In this document: positions 39,324 to 50,545 of the stretch, in pieces
Numbering within the stretch: position 1 is the stretch's first letter
Layout of the letters: each line of letters begins with the position of its first letter
Assembly: GCA_963726265.1 (NCBI GenBank)
Contig: CAVSBQ010000002.1
Coordinates: forward strand, 192,001 to 256,000
DNA length: 64,000 bases
Direction of reading: 5' to 3'
Source: Candidatus Aenigmatarchaeota archaeon
GTDB lineage: Archaea; Aenigmatarchaeota; Aenigmatarchaeia; QMZP01; QMZT01
The notes under the pieces: generated by a model
Told to the model about the DNA's origin: nothing
The model's database searches: none
The model's input: only the letters and a program-made list of their open reading frames with translations
Position numbers and translations under genes: made by a program

Positions 39324-39378
39324 GCGTTTTCTAAAAACCTTCCAAGTTTTTTTAAGCGGCGAACTACAAAGGAATATT

Positions 39379-39750
39379 ATGGACTACTGGGAAAAGAAAA
39401 TCGCGGCAGCTTCCATGGGAAACCCCGTCGACGTCCTGAAGAGGGACAAGGAGCTCTTCAAAAAGATGAGGCAGGAGATCGAGCAAACCAAGGAAAACAA
39501 CAGGAAGCTGCTCAAGAACAACGATAACCTCGTCAAGCTCGTGGAGCTGATGGAGGAGAAGATAAAGAACCTGACCGAGGACATGAAGAAGAATTACGTC
39601 TATTCGTTCGAGCACGGCGGCTGGGTCGAGAAAGGCGCGCTGGACCAGGGCAGGATAGAGCTCGCGCCTTCGCAGCTGAACATCGACTCCATAAACAACC
39701 AGCTGGCCGAAATCCTGAAGATGGTGGAAAGGCACAGGATGAAGGCGTGA
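39379..39750 (+). CDS. Hypothetical coiled-coil protein
   Basis: Host-like codon usage, heptad pattern. Confidence 0.65.
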   Translation: MDYWEKKIAAASMGNPVDVLKRDKELFKKMRQEIEQTKENNRKLLKNNDNLVKLVELMEEKIKNLTEDMKKNYVYSFEHGGWVEKGALDQGRIELAPSQLNIDSINNQLAEILKMVERHRMKA

Positions 39751-39808
39751 AAGCGTCTAAGGCTTAAATAGAAATGTAATGCTATTATAAAATAAGCGAG
39801 GTGTCTTG

Positions 39809-40234
39809 ATGGTGAAGAAATCGATGCAGAAGGTGCATGACGGGTTGGAAGGCGTTCTGAACACTCTCAGCGAGGATGTTACCAAGGCGTTGGACATAAA
39901 GGAAGAGAGGAAACTTCTTGAAAAGAAGGTGAGGCAGCTCAAGGATGAGGAGATCCAGCTCAGCGAAGTGGTCAGCCACCTGAAGAAAACGAGGGATAAA
40001 ATGCAGGACGAGCTGAAGGCAAAGACGGTGGAAGAAGAGGAGCTCAAATCGAAGGTCCTTACGCTCAAGGAAGACAAGGCGGGCATGGAATCCGAGAAGC
40101 TCACCCTCAACCAGCAGATAAAGAACCTCAAGAAGGAAAAGGAGCTTTCGCAGAAAGCGCTCGAGAAGACGAACGACCTGCTCGTTTCCCTGAAGCATCA
40201 CATTTCAGAATTCGATGAAGAAATCAGAGGGTAA
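39809..40234 (+). CDS. Hypothetical coiled-coil protein
   Basis: K/E/L-rich heptads; GAGGTG RBS. Confidence 0.65.
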   Translation: MVKKSMQKVHDGLEGVLNTLSEDVTKALDIKEERKLLEKKVRQLKDEEIQLSEVVSHLKKTRDKMQDELKAKTVEEEELKSKVLTLKEDKAGMESEKLTLNQQIKNLKKEKELSQKALEKTNDLLVSLKHHISEFDEEIRG

Positions 40235-40459
40235 GCGGAAGCCGTCTTTGGCAACCGCTCTGGATAAGGGCGGGTTCTAGTTATTTTTATTTTTGTTAAT
40301 ACCATTCATAATTGTGGGACTCGGCGACAAGGAAGCTCCCGGCAATGCGCAGGCTCATGAATTTTTTCTGAAAGTTTAATCGTACATCATGCCATCAAGC
40401 CTTTTAAACGCCATCAAGGCCGCTTAAAAAACTAATTTTCATCATATTAAGGTGGTCAC

Positions 40460-42362
40460 ATGACCCTCACCAGAAGGGAGTTCATGGAGCTTTCCGCCGC
40501 GGCTGCATCCCTCTATATTTTGAACCCGGCAAAGCTTATCGGAAAAGCCGGCGAAAACGCGGGCGGATGGACATCCTCTTCCGAAAAGGAATGGAGCTGG
40601 AGCGGGCATTTCAGCGAATGGATGGAGGGCAAGGAATTCAAATTCCCCTATGACTCTGAGCTTTTCTACTACCCCGAAAGAATCGTGGCCATGAGAGGCA
40701 ACCTTGCCAAAAGGCTTCTGTACCAGTCTGACGATTTGAAGCATGACCACGGGCAGCATATAATGAGACGCGGGGGCAATCTGGAAAACGTCTACTATGC
40801 GGACCTCAGCATACGAACGAAGAAAAAGCTGGACCTGCAGGTGCGCTTTGGCGACAGGCCGGACAGGCTGCCGGACCGCGAATCCCGCAGCCTCTCCTCC
40901 AACTGCATCGACCTCAAAGGCGTCGAAGGGGACGTACACGTAACGCTGCCGCTGGAGTTCATAGAAAACGACAGCGGCAGGGTCTTCTATCAGATTTTAT
41001 ACAAAGACGGCGGCGCCTACAGGCCCATCTCTCCTGTGCGCGCATCCAAAAACCTGAAATACAGCAAGAATCCGGATTTATACTTATTTGCCGACGACCA
41101 CAAGTTTGATGGCCGGTTCAACGAAGCGCTGCCGCTCCGCCGGGGCGTATCCAACATCATCAGCGGCCTGGAGGCGGAGTATTTTTACGATTTCCTGCAA
41201 AAATCCATCGAAAGAGTCGACTGGCTGAATAGCGCTGATATGGGTCTCAGGTACAACGTGGAAATGCTGAAGGACACATATCATCAAGCGCAGACATTCG
41301 CCTTCATGATAAAAGAAGGCATCCATCCTGACGCGATATTTGACGGCAACGATGGCCTGGGCATCCATCGCTACAGGCTCAAGCGCCAGGGCCTTATCGA
41401 AAACGATAACCAGATCCCTTCAGAAAAAGAATGGCTTGAAATTGCGCGGAAAATTTGGGAGCGCGAAAGGAGATATTACGGTCTTTTTACGCCTCTGGTT
41501 TCGGTGTATAAAGCTGAAGGGAATCACGACGGCGGCGGCATATACCACAACCCGGCGCATAAAGCAGCGGCAAAGGCGAGGATGGAGATGTGGACGCAGC
41601 CGGGTGAATTCGAAGGCTGCTCCCCGGAACAAAACTACTATGTAGTGCCGCTGGCGGGCGGGAAAGTGGAATTTCACGTCCTCGACATAGTCAAGTACTC
41701 GGCTTCATACGACAAAAAAAGCCCCAACAGGCCGGAGAATTTCAGGTTAGGCGACGGGCAGACGGCATGGCATGAAAGGAAGTCGGAAGAAAGCCAGGCC
41801 CTGATGAATTTCATTGTGATGCACCATCTTGCAGGCGGGTGGCCCAAAAATCCGGAAGGCACGAAATGGGGAGGCTACGGCAGGGGCCATGCTTTACACG
41901 CGCGAACACTACGAATATTACTGCAGGAATTTCGGAAAATATTTCAACCCGCCGCTTGACATCGAGCAAATACAGCAGTGGAAGATAACACAGAAAGCCC
42001 TGGACAACAATTTCAGGGGCATCATATCCAACCATGACCACTTGCAATATCTTGAAAACAATCGGGTGCAACAGGAGCGGCAAAGAAGTGTTTGGGATGA
42101 TCCCCGGAACCATGAACCAAGTCGGGGAAGAACCTGCATGGTCAATTGATCAGGACTGCTGGGTGAATGAATACGGCCCCTGGAAAAAGGGAATGTTCCT
42201 GAGCGCCCCTGTGATAAGCAGGATGAGAATAAGGCCGGGTTCGGACTCGATTGAAATACAAGCCATATGCAGCTCAACCCCGCCGGACCAATTTTCCAAT
42301 CTGAGATACATTGTAAAATGGGACGGAGAGTGGGAGAGGTCCTCAGGCAATACCTGTACTGA
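40460..42362 (+). CDS. Tat-exported metallophosphoesterase-like protein (frameshifts near 41885 and 42060; 3' end approximate)
   Basis: TRREF twin-arginine signal, ADDH, GND, GNHD, MHH, NHDH. Confidence 0.65.
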
Positions 42363-42407
42363 TGCATCAGACCAGTTTTATTTAAGTCCGTTCCACAATT
42401 CCTATAA

Positions 42408-42972
42408 ATGGCATTTCTCGTCCTCGGCCTCACTGGGAGGCGCGGCTGCGGCAAGGACACGATGGCCGATTATCTAGAAAGCGAGATACGGCTTCCGCGT
42501 CCTGACCTACACCAACGACGTGCTCGGCCCCGTCCTGAAGGAGCGCGGCCTCGCCGTCACGCGCGAAAACCTCATAGACCTCGCGCTCGAGATGCGCAGG
42601 GATTGCGGCAGGGACGTCCTGACCGAGCTCATCTGCAGGAGGATCGAACGCAGCGGCTTCTGGGCGATAAGCGGGGTGCGCTACCCGGAGGAAGTCGGCT
42701 ATTTCAAAAAGGCATTCGGCGACGCTTTCAGGCTGGTCCATGTCGCCTGCTGCACGAAAAAACGATATGCGCGCGTGCGGAAACGCGGCACCAAGGGCGA
42801 AGGCCGCATGAGCCTGAAGAAGTTCATGGAAATCGAGGGCAAGGAAACGGAAAAAATCATGAACGAGACGATAGGCCTCGCCGACTTCTCGGTCAGCAAC
42901 GACGGGACTATAAGGCAGTTCGAGACGGCGATAGATGGGCTGGCCAGGAAAATCGGCATCCCGAAAAGATAA
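42408..42972 (+). CDS. P-loop nucleotide kinase (archaeal dephospho-CoA/adenylate-kinase-like; frameshift near 42485)
   Basis: GLTGRRGCGKDT, GVRYPEEV, AD..V.NDGT. Confidence 0.75.
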
Positions 42973-42975
42973 ACG

Positions 42976-44140
42976 CTATTTCTCCCCGACGTGGAAAACC
43001 CTGAGGAAAAGCGCCAGCAGGAACGAGCACGATATTGTCGTGATGCCGGCGATTATCAGCGGTACATTGTATCCCATCATCTGCCCCATGGCGCCGAAGA
43101 CGAGCGAGCCCGCGACCTGGCCCATGAGCATGACCGCGAACATCACTCCCGAGCCGCCTCCGACCCTCTCGACGTTGAACAGCTTCGCGACCCAGAAAAG
43201 ACCGCTATGTCCGCCATGCCGTCCCCTGCTTCGTGGAATGATTCTCATGACGAACGAGAACCAGGGAACCGGGACGGTATTTAATATGAGCGACGCGCCG
43301 GAGACTATCAGGCCGGCGAGGAACACGTTCCTCATGTTGCTCTTGCCCTTGTCTATCCTCCTGCCGAAGTAGTATGAAGTGAGGCCGAGGAAGGGGAGCG
43401 TCAGAGATGTGTAGAGCCCTATCATGAACATGTCCAGGCCCAGGTTCGTGCTCAGGAACAGGCCGTACGAAGTCCTTTCCGCGCCCCAGTGCAGCGAGAA
43501 CAGGAACATCACTATGCCGATGGATATGACCTTCGCGTTCAGGAAATCCCTTTTGTACTGCCTGAGCTTTATGGTGTATTTCGAGGTCGACCTGAACGAG
43601 ACGAACGGTATGAGCACGAGGTATGCCAGGCCCATTATCTTGAGGCCGAGAGGGAACCCGATCAGAAAAACGAGAACGCTGCCGATGAATAAACCAAGGG
43701 AAGCGGAAAGCATCCTGACCAGGGTGAACGAGCCGAACTTCCTGCCCTCCCTGCCTTCGATATGCGTCTTGAACAGCAGACTTCGCAGTGAGACGTCGCC
43801 GAGATTGTTGCCGAGCCCGCCTATCAAAAACAGGGGTATGAATATCACAAAACTCTCGAACAGGCCCAGGCCGAAAAAGAATGCCGCCAGCATGGCCATG
43901 CCTGATGACCAGGGTAAGGCGTATCGTCCACTTGTCGTTTATCACGCCCGTCGGGAAGGCGACGAATATCGACGCGACCGCATAGACCGACACCAGCAGG
44001 CCTATCTGATAGCCGCTGAGCCCTACGGACGAAAGGTAGATGGGCAGCGCGAAGGACGTGAACGAGAAGAACATCGAGAAGAAGAACAGCAGCATGAGGC
44101 CGCGCCTGAAATCGGCATCTTCGCTGGCCGTCGCTTTCAT
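42976..44140 (-). CDS. MFS transporter (two or more frameshifts)
   Basis: Multi-TM pattern split across frames; GVINDKW and GRRIDKG motif-A-like loops. Confidence 0.75.
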
Positions 44141-44331
44141 CTCTTTCGCTGCCTTTCTAATCCTTCCCAGACCCCAATCATATTCTTAATATGGAGGCAA
44201 TCACTAATTTAAACATTCGGGAGCAAAAAGGTTAATTGAATAAACAGCAGACAAGCCGACACATGCGAAGCATGTGGCCTTCGCTGGTCACAGGCCGACA
44301 ATGGCGCAGGCAATTGTCTTTCCAAGGCGAC

Positions 44332-44482
44332 GCCTCAGTAGCTCAGCCTGGTAGAGCGATCGACTTGTATCGATATGACGAGGTCTCAACGGCCAATGAA
44401 TTCGGATATGCCGGCATGCACGAAGTGTATGCCTTTCGCGCAAGATATCGATAGGTCCTGGGTTCAACTCCCAGCTGGGGCT
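44332..44482 (+). tRNA. tRNA-Thr(TGT) with 77-nt intron at 37/38 (44370-44446)
   Basis: Acceptor GCCTCAG/CTGGGGC, D-arm TAGCTCAGCCTGGTAGAGC, ATCGA-CTTGTA^A-TCGAT, GGTTCAACTCC; BHB with CTTG:CAAG central helix and TAT/ATA bulges. Confidence 0.93.
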
Positions 44483-44485
44483 TTT

Positions 44486-45597
44486 CTAAGAAGGCAGCAT
44501 CCCGAAAATAAGCCCGCCAGCGCGGAATAAATTATCACCAGCAGTACGTAGGCTACCGTCTTTTTGTTACCCATGAATTGCCTTATCGCCAGCATGCTGG
44601 GAAGGCTGAGCGAAGGTCCCGAAAGCAGCAGGGCAAGCGCCGGGCCGGCATGCATGCCCTTGGCCATGAGCGCCTGTATTATCGGGATTTCTGTGAGCGT
44701 CGAGAAATACATGAAAGCCCCGAATACTGAGACCGCAAGGTTTCCCATGAGAGTGTTCTGCCCGGCGACGCTTCTGATGAATTCCTCCGGGATGAGGTAC
44801 ATGATGACCCCGGCTAAGAAAACGCCGATGAAAAGCATGGGAATGAGCTTTTTGGCGTAGAACCACGTCTCTCCAAGCCATTCCTTCGAGGATGCCCTGT
44901 TCAGGCCGAAAATGCCCACGATGGCCGCGGCCACAGCAAGCGCGGCCATGGCGCCGTATTTGATGAAAAAGCCTGTTTGTATGCCATTGACTATGAGTAT
45001 GCCGACGAGGGAAAGGAAAAGCACGATAACGAACGCCTTGGAATCCGGCTTGGCCTCCCTTTTCTTGACTTTCCACTTGCCTCTCCCGGCCTTCTCACGG
45101 AAGACGAAAGCCATGGTCAGTCCGACGAGTATTGACAGCGATATGGACGCGACGATCCTGGCGGCGCCTATCTGCCAGCCGAGCACGCTGATGGTCAGGA
45201 ACATTGCAGTTATGTTTATCGCGGGACCGGAGAAAAGGAATGTCACCGCCGGTCCGAGGCCTGCGCCGCGCTTCCTGATACTGGCGAACAGCGGAAGGAC
45301 CGTGCACGAGCACACCGCGAGTATCGCCCCCGACACGGAAGCTATGGCGTAAGACACGTATTTTTTCGCCGAAGGGCCCATGTATTTTATGACCGAATCC
45401 TTTTTGATGAAGACGGATATGGCGCCGGCTATGAAAAGTGCCGGCACAAGGCACGCTATGACGTGCTGGGTCGCATACTCGTGCAGTAGCGAAAAGGCGT
45501 TGAGCACCGCCCCGTCGAACAGCAGCGAACCGGCAGGCATGAAATAAAGGGCCAGAAAAACCGCAACCAGTATGATGAAAGCGTTCCTGTTTTCCAT
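44486..45597 (-). CDS. Permease (ArsP/DUF318 family; probable indel near the 3' end)
   Basis: HVIACLVPALFIAG, LAVCSCTVLPLF, FLFSGPAIN, YFSTLTEIP, GPALALLLSGPSLSLP. Confidence 0.88.
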
Positions 45598-45607
45598 AAA
45601 AACCACG

Positions 45608-45865
45608 TCATTCTATGTTTTTCGCCCCTTCGATTAGTTTGTAAATTTCTGGCCTGGCGACGCGATAAAGAATCTTCTTGCCGTCTTTCCTGCTGGCGAG
45701 TATGCCGGCGTCTTTCAGTATCTTGAGGTGCAGCGAAACGTTGGGCTGGGACTTTCCGACCTTCGAGGGAAGCTCGCAGGCGCATCTCTCGCCGTCCCTG
45801 AGAAGCTCGATTATCTTCAGCCTCGTCGGGTCGGCGAGCGCCCTGAAAACGACGGCCTTGTCCAT
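45608..45865 (-). CDS. ArsR/SmtB family repressor
   Basis: FRALADPTRLKI, CACEL, SQPNVSLHLKILKDAG; AT-rich inverted repeat at 45871-45894 upstream. Confidence 0.92.
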   Translation of the reverse strand: MDKAVVFRALADPTRLKIIELLRDGERCACELPSKVGKSQPNVSLHLKILKDAGILASRKDGKKILYRVARPEIYKLIEGAKNIE

Positions 45866-46081
45866 GTGAAATATATTTGTTTATTTAAATATATAAATAT
45901 CAGATGGGCGATTAGAGAGATAAATTAGGATGGCTGTTCGGAGGGGCTTTTGGGCCTTCCCTCCTGGGGCTTTCAACCCGAGGTTAAATCCCCAACGGTT
46001 CTTAGTCCTGGATCTTCTTTTTCTCTTTTACAGGGTACACGTAAAAATCAATTTATAAATATGTACCCCCTAATTATACAC

Positions 46082-47008
46082 ATGGCATATCATGAAGAGA
46101 AGAAAATCGGTGGGAAAAATTTTCATTACATCGTAAAGGTTGTAAGAATCGGTGGGAAAATAAAGAAATTGCGAGTTTATGCGGGTAAGGGTGAAAAAAG
46201 CAAAAAAGAAATCAGCGAACTTATCAGCAAATTCTCACCACAACTTGAAGATAAAACCAAAAAACTCCTTTCAAAAAAGGATCCGTTATATGGCATTTTG
46301 ACCGAAGAGGAAAATGAACTGCTTGAAAAAATAAAGTCAGATAACCAGAAAAAGATTAAAAAAATGGACAACCTTGCGTGGAAAAATTATTACGAATGGT
46401 TCATAGTCCAGTTCACCTACAATACGAATGCGATAGAAGGCTCGACGCTCAGTCAAGAAGACACAAACCTCATACTTTTCGAGAATACGGTACCAAGGGG
46501 CAAGTCAACGAGAGAGATAAACGAAGCTCAGAATCACAAGGAAGCATTCGATTTTATCATCGAATATGATGGAAACATGACAAAGCGATTCGTGCTGAAC
46601 ATACATAAAAAACTCATGCACAATATCCTTTGGAAGGCTGCCGGAAGATTCAGGGATGTCGATGTCTACATACGCGGTGTTGACATGATTCCGCCGCCGC
46701 ATAATATTGTTGAACAGGAGTTCAAAAAACTGATGGCATGGTATTCTAAAAGCCGACGAAAATACAACCCGATTGTCGTTGCCGCGTATTTTCACTCGGC
46801 TTTCGAGTCCATTCACCCGTTCAGGGACGGAAACGGCAGATCCGGCAGGCTCATTATCAATTTCATGCTCAGAAAGGAAGGCTTCCCTATGATAGACATC
46901 AAGAACAAAGACAAGGAAAGATACTACAAGTCTCTCTATGAGGCCCAGAAAAATTACAATCTAAGACCGCTTGTCGAGATGATTGTCGATTACCTAAAGG
47001 AAACCTAA
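46082..47008 (+). CDS. Fic family protein (class II, autoinhibited)
   Basis: HPFRDGNGRSGR catalytic motif; TNAIEG inhibitory motif. Confidence 0.93.
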   Translation: MAYHEEKKIGGKNFHYIVKVVRIGGKIKKLRVYAGKGEKSKKEISELISKFSPQLEDKTKKLLSKKDPLYGILTEEENELLEKIKSDNQKKIKKMDNLAWKNYYEWFIVQFTYNTNAIEGSTLSQEDTNLILFENTVPRGKSTREINEAQNHKEAFDFIIEYDGNMTKRFVLNIHKKLMHNILWKAAGRFRDVDVYIRGVDMIPPPHNIVEQEFKKLMAWYSKSRRKYNPIVVAAYFHSAFESIHPFRDGNGRSGRLIINFMLRKEGFPMIDIKNKDKERYYKSLYEAQKNYNLRPLVEMIVDYLKET

Positions 47009-47021
47009 AGCGGCCGTTTTC

Positions 47022-47486
47022 TCAGTTCACCAGGCCGGTCACGGTCCCTATCTCCGTGTGGTCGAGCCCGCCTGAATTGTAGACTATCGCTATCTTCACC
47101 GAATACGTCGACCCCGGCTCCAGCACAGGCGTTATAGGGAACGATACCTCGCTGGACGCACCGGGCTCGATTACCAGGCCAGGCGGGTCATACGAAGTGC
47201 TCTGGTCGCCTATGGTCGCCGTTATCGTGCGTATGGTTACGGGCGTCGAGAGCCGTCCGTTCGCGAGCTTCAGTACCAGGTTGCCGTTGGCGCTTTTCAG
47301 CTCCCAGTCGACCGGGGTTCCCAGCACCTGGAAGCCCGTAACCGTGCGGCCTGCGAAGGTCATCGGGTTGAACAGGCCCAGGCCGTAAAACGCCGCCGCC
47401 AGTATCACCACAATCAGGATGGCCCAGCCATACGACATGAGGTATTCCATCGCGGACTGCGCCTTCTCTTTTGCGAATTTTCTCAT
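47022..47486 (-). CDS. Class III signal peptide (type IV pilin-like) protein
   Basis: KAQSAMEYLMSYGWAILIVVI. Confidence 0.85.
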   Translation of the reverse strand: MRKFAKEKAQSAMEYLMSYGWAILIVVILAAAFYGLGLFNPMTFAGRTVTGFQVLGTPVDWELKSANGNLVLKLANGRLSTPVTIRTITATIGDQSTSYDPPGLVIEPGASSEVSFPITPVLEPGSTYSVKIAIVYNSGGLDHTEIGTVTGLVN

Positions 47487-47594
47487 AACCGACCGCCTTT
47501 GTAAAATTCAATGCAATTCCGATAGTATTATTATGGAAAAAATAAATAAAGAAAGGTAAGCAACGCACGAACATATTCAAGAGAGGTGACATGC

Positions 47595-47855
47595 ATGGAA
47601 GAAAAAATCTGCCAGAGCTGCGGCATGCCTTTGCGGAAGGACGTTGATTTCGGGACGAACGCGGGCGGGAACAAAAGCAAGGAATACTGCTTCCACTGCT
47701 TCCAGAAAGGCAAATTCCTGGATGAAGGCATAACCCTGAAGGCGAAGATTGACAAGAACGTCGGGTTTGCGGTCCGCATGGGAATGCAGGAAGCCGAAGC
47801 GAGAAAAATGGCGTCAAGCATCCTGCCGAAGCTCAAAAGATGGAGAAAGGCGTGA
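47595..47855 (+). CDS. Putative zinc-ribbon protein
   Basis: CQSCGMPL...GTNA.G..S.EYCFHC, LPKLKRW. Confidence 0.85.
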   Translation: MEEKICQSCGMPLRKDVDFGTNAGGNKSKEYCFHCFQKGKFLDEGITLKAKIDKNVGFAVRMGMQEAEARKMASSILPKLKRWRKA

Positions 47856-47884
47856 ATAAGTAAAATCATCACAAAAGCATCATT

Positions 47885-48619
47885 ATGTCGAAAAAGACTC
47901 GTTTGCTAGCGCTGCTCATGCGTTCCGGCGAATTCGAACGTACGGCGGAAGCGGAAGAAGCCGTGCGTGAAGGAAGAATCACAATCGACGGCAAGCCGGC
48001 AACGAATCCGCAGCACTCGGTCAAGGCCAGGGCAGTCATCAGCATCGACGGCCGCGAGCTTAGACCGGCGGAATTCGTTTACGCCATCCTCAACAAGCAG
48101 GCCGATATGGTCTGCCAGAAAACTGACAAGGAAAAATCGATTTACGACGTCATCGCCTCTATCGCGGAAATCGACGCTAAGACGCGGAAGCCTGTTCTGC
48201 GTAGGCAGGCTGGACAAGGACACGGAAGGCCTGCTGATTGTGACGAACGACGGACGGCTGGAAAAACTACTGACAAGGAAGGAGAACCGTGTTATCAAGA
48301 CTTATGCCGTCACGACGGTCGGCCCTGTCACAGAAGACGACATCGCAGCCCTCAAGAAGGGGGTGCAGATAACCGACGACGACACGAACAGGGCGTTCCT
48401 GGTCAAGGCCGCGGCCATCCGCAGGCTCGGCGGAAAACAGATAGAGATGGACATAGACGAGGGTAGGAAGCGCCAAATCAAGAAGATGTTCGAGGCGCTC
48501 GGTAACAGCGTGACGTTTCGCTTAAGCGCGTGGCAATCGGCCCGCTGAGGCTGGAGGACCTCGACTTCAAAGGGAAGCCGTATCTGATAGTCAAAAGGAG
48601 CGACCTGAAAATCAGGTAG
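47885..48619 (+). CDS. RsuA/RluB family pseudouridine synthase with S4 domain (frameshifts near 48190 and 48520)
   Basis: S4 domain, LNK, VGRLDKDTEGLLIVTNDG, EGRKRQIKKMFE. Confidence 0.85.
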
Positions 48620-48659
48620 CGCTTCGTGTGCCTTATTGGCTCTTTATGCTTCAGAAAAT

Positions 48660-48860
48660 TTAGGCTTTTCTCCTATCGTAGCATTCCCGGCAGTAGTATT
48701 CCCAGGCCTGCGAAGGATACAGCTGGACCGCGTTGGTCGAGTCCTTGCCGCACACCGTGCACAGGTTTTGCATGAGATGTCTGAGAATAAATTTGCCTGA
48801 CGTCTTGTCCATTCCAGTAGTCAACATTATTCTCCAAACGTTACTCGAACGATAACCCAA
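48660..48860 (-). CDS. Small CxxC-CxxC protein
   Basis: CTVCGK...CREC; start uncertain. Confidence 0.45.
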   Translation of the reverse strand: MGYRSSNVWRIMLTTGMDKTSGKFILRHLMQNLCTVCGKDSTNAVQLYPSQAWEYYCRECYDRRKA

Positions 48861-48997
48861 TGATGCCTTTGATATGCCTGTGTGTGCTTGTGTATACTAT
48901 ATATTGGAGCCGCCGACATATAAGGCCATATAAGGGCCTGAATTGGGTTTTTGGCGTTTAAACATAGCCTTTTAAGGCAAAATTCGAATTTTAAATC

Positions 48998-49198
48998 ATG
49001 AATATTAAAGTTGTTCTGTTTATTTTAGTCATCATTACCCTTTTATCCACTCTTTTGATTTCTGGTTGCACTAACATGATTGAAACATGCAAACAAAAAT
49101 ATGATAGGTGCGTTTCTGACTGCAAACAAAGAGGTGCTTTTCAACAACTATTGTGTCAGGCTGATTGTGAAGGCCAATATGCTAAATGCCACGACTAA
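48998..49198 (+). CDS. Small Cys-rich lipoprotein
   Basis: Lipobox LISGC; CX6CX3C...CX3CX6C. Confidence 0.65.
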   Translation: MNIKVVLFILVIITLLSTLLISGCTNMIETCKQKYDRCVSDCKQRGAFQQLLCQADCEGQYAKCHD

Positions 49199-49220
49199 AG
49201 ATTGAAAGAAGGTATGATGA

Positions 49221-49901
49221 ATGGTAAAACATCAAAAACTCCAATTTTATAAGAAATTGGCAATTGTTTTCGCCATCTCTAACATCGTTCTCGGCGTATG
49301 GCTTGGTGTTTTTTATTTAAATTCGAGTAGTTGGATTGAACACTATAAAAAATTGTATAATTGGAGTGAGTCAAATTGCACGAAATTCATTGAAGATTAT
49401 GAAAATTTATTAGATTCAAGCAGGTCGAATTTTAGTTATTACTATCATTCACTTGAATCAAATTGCACTTATTACCTAAATGCATGTTATGAAAGAGAAG
49501 AAGAATATGGAAATATGATAGACTTATTGCTGGGCAAATCGCATGTAAATTCAACTACAGCAAAGGCAAACAATCAGACAAACTATTCATATTTTGGAGG
49601 GCGCATTATTGCAGCCGATGGGCAATTTCTTGGGGTTATAAACAGCAATAGTTATGACCCAGACAGCATTGCAAATTCGTATGGAACATATGGTAATGAA
49701 TATAGTGCTAAATCGATATGGAACAAATATGGGACATATGGTAATCTTTACAGTACTTATAGCGTGTATAATTCATATGCGAATTCACCGCCTTCCGTTT
49801 ATTTGAATGGAGTATTTTACGCGTATTTAACCAAAAATACATTCAAATCTCCACGATTAGATCCTGACGTAGTAGCAATAGTTATTAGAACAAACACTTA
49901 A
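49221..49901 (+). CDS. Membrane-anchored protein with YGTYG-repeat domain
   Basis: TM helix; FLG.I.SN.YD.DSI.N.YGTYG..YS..SIWN.YGTYG; AT-rich. Confidence 0.7.
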   Translation: MVKHQKLQFYKKLAIVFAISNIVLGVWLGVFYLNSSSWIEHYKKLYNWSESNCTKFIEDYENLLDSSRSNFSYYYHSLESNCTYYLNACYEREEEYGNMIDLLLGKSHVNSTTAKANNQTNYSYFGGRIIAADGQFLGVINSNSYDPDSIANSYGTYGNEYSAKSIWNKYGTYGNLYSTYSVYNSYANSPPSVYLNGVFYAYLTKNTFKSPRLDPDVVAIVIRTNT

Positions 49902-49933
49902 CACAATATTTTTCTTCACGAATTTGCTGCCAG

Positions 49934-50443
49934 CTACTTCGACTTGATGTCGACGACCTTTATCTTAAAGATTAATGTTTTTCCTGCGAGCGGGTGGTTG
50001 AGGTCGAGGGTGACTTCTGTGGCTGCGACTGCCGTGATTCTTGCGGGAATCTGCTGGCCGTTCGGGAGGGTGGCGATGAGCATCATGCCCGCCTTGGGCT
50101 CCGGCTCCTTCGGGAGATGGATGCGCGGCAGCTTCTGTATGAGGGCGGGATTCGGGTCGCCATACGCCTCCGCCGGCTTGAGCTTTATTGTCTTCTCCTC
50201 GCCCTTCCTCATGCCAAGGACGGCGTTGTCGAAGCCCTTTATGATTTTGCCCGAGCCGGCCTCGAACTCGAGCGGCTGGTTGTTGTGGTTGGCGGAGCAG
50301 TCGAATACGGTTCCGTCTTCCAGCGAGCCCTCGTATTCGACCTTGACTATGTCGCCTTTCTTGACAACCTGAGCATCAGACTTGCCTGGTTTCCCGGCTT
50401 TTTCGCCTTTCTTTGAATTCTTTGAATCCTTTGGACCTGCCAT
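49934..50443 (-). CDS. slyD: FKBP-type peptidyl-prolyl isomerase (SlyD-like)
   Basis: VKVEYEGSLEDGTVFD, PAEAYG, DLNHPLAGKTL. Confidence 0.92.
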   Translation of the reverse strand: MAGPKDSKNSKKGEKAGKPGKSDAQVVKKGDIVKVEYEGSLEDGTVFDCSANHNNQPLEFEAGSGKIIKGFDNAVLGMRKGEEKTIKLKPAEAYGDPNPALIQKLPRIHLPKEPEPKAGMMLIATLPNGQQIPARITAVAATEVTLDLNHPLAGKTLIFKIKVVDIKSK

Positions 50444-50545
50444 ACAAAATCACATTCTCCTTAAGAAATCTCCTTAAGAATATTTATTGAATATTATGAA
50501 GCCTGTTGTTTATAAAATTCCCGCAGGATTCGCGCCCGCAGGGCT

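Noticed and set aside
44475..45973. 10-nt direct repeat ctggggcttt (tRNA-Thr 3' end and 45964-45973) as attL/attR around arsR-permease
   Set aside because: Too short, and there is no integrase in the window; chance cannot be excluded
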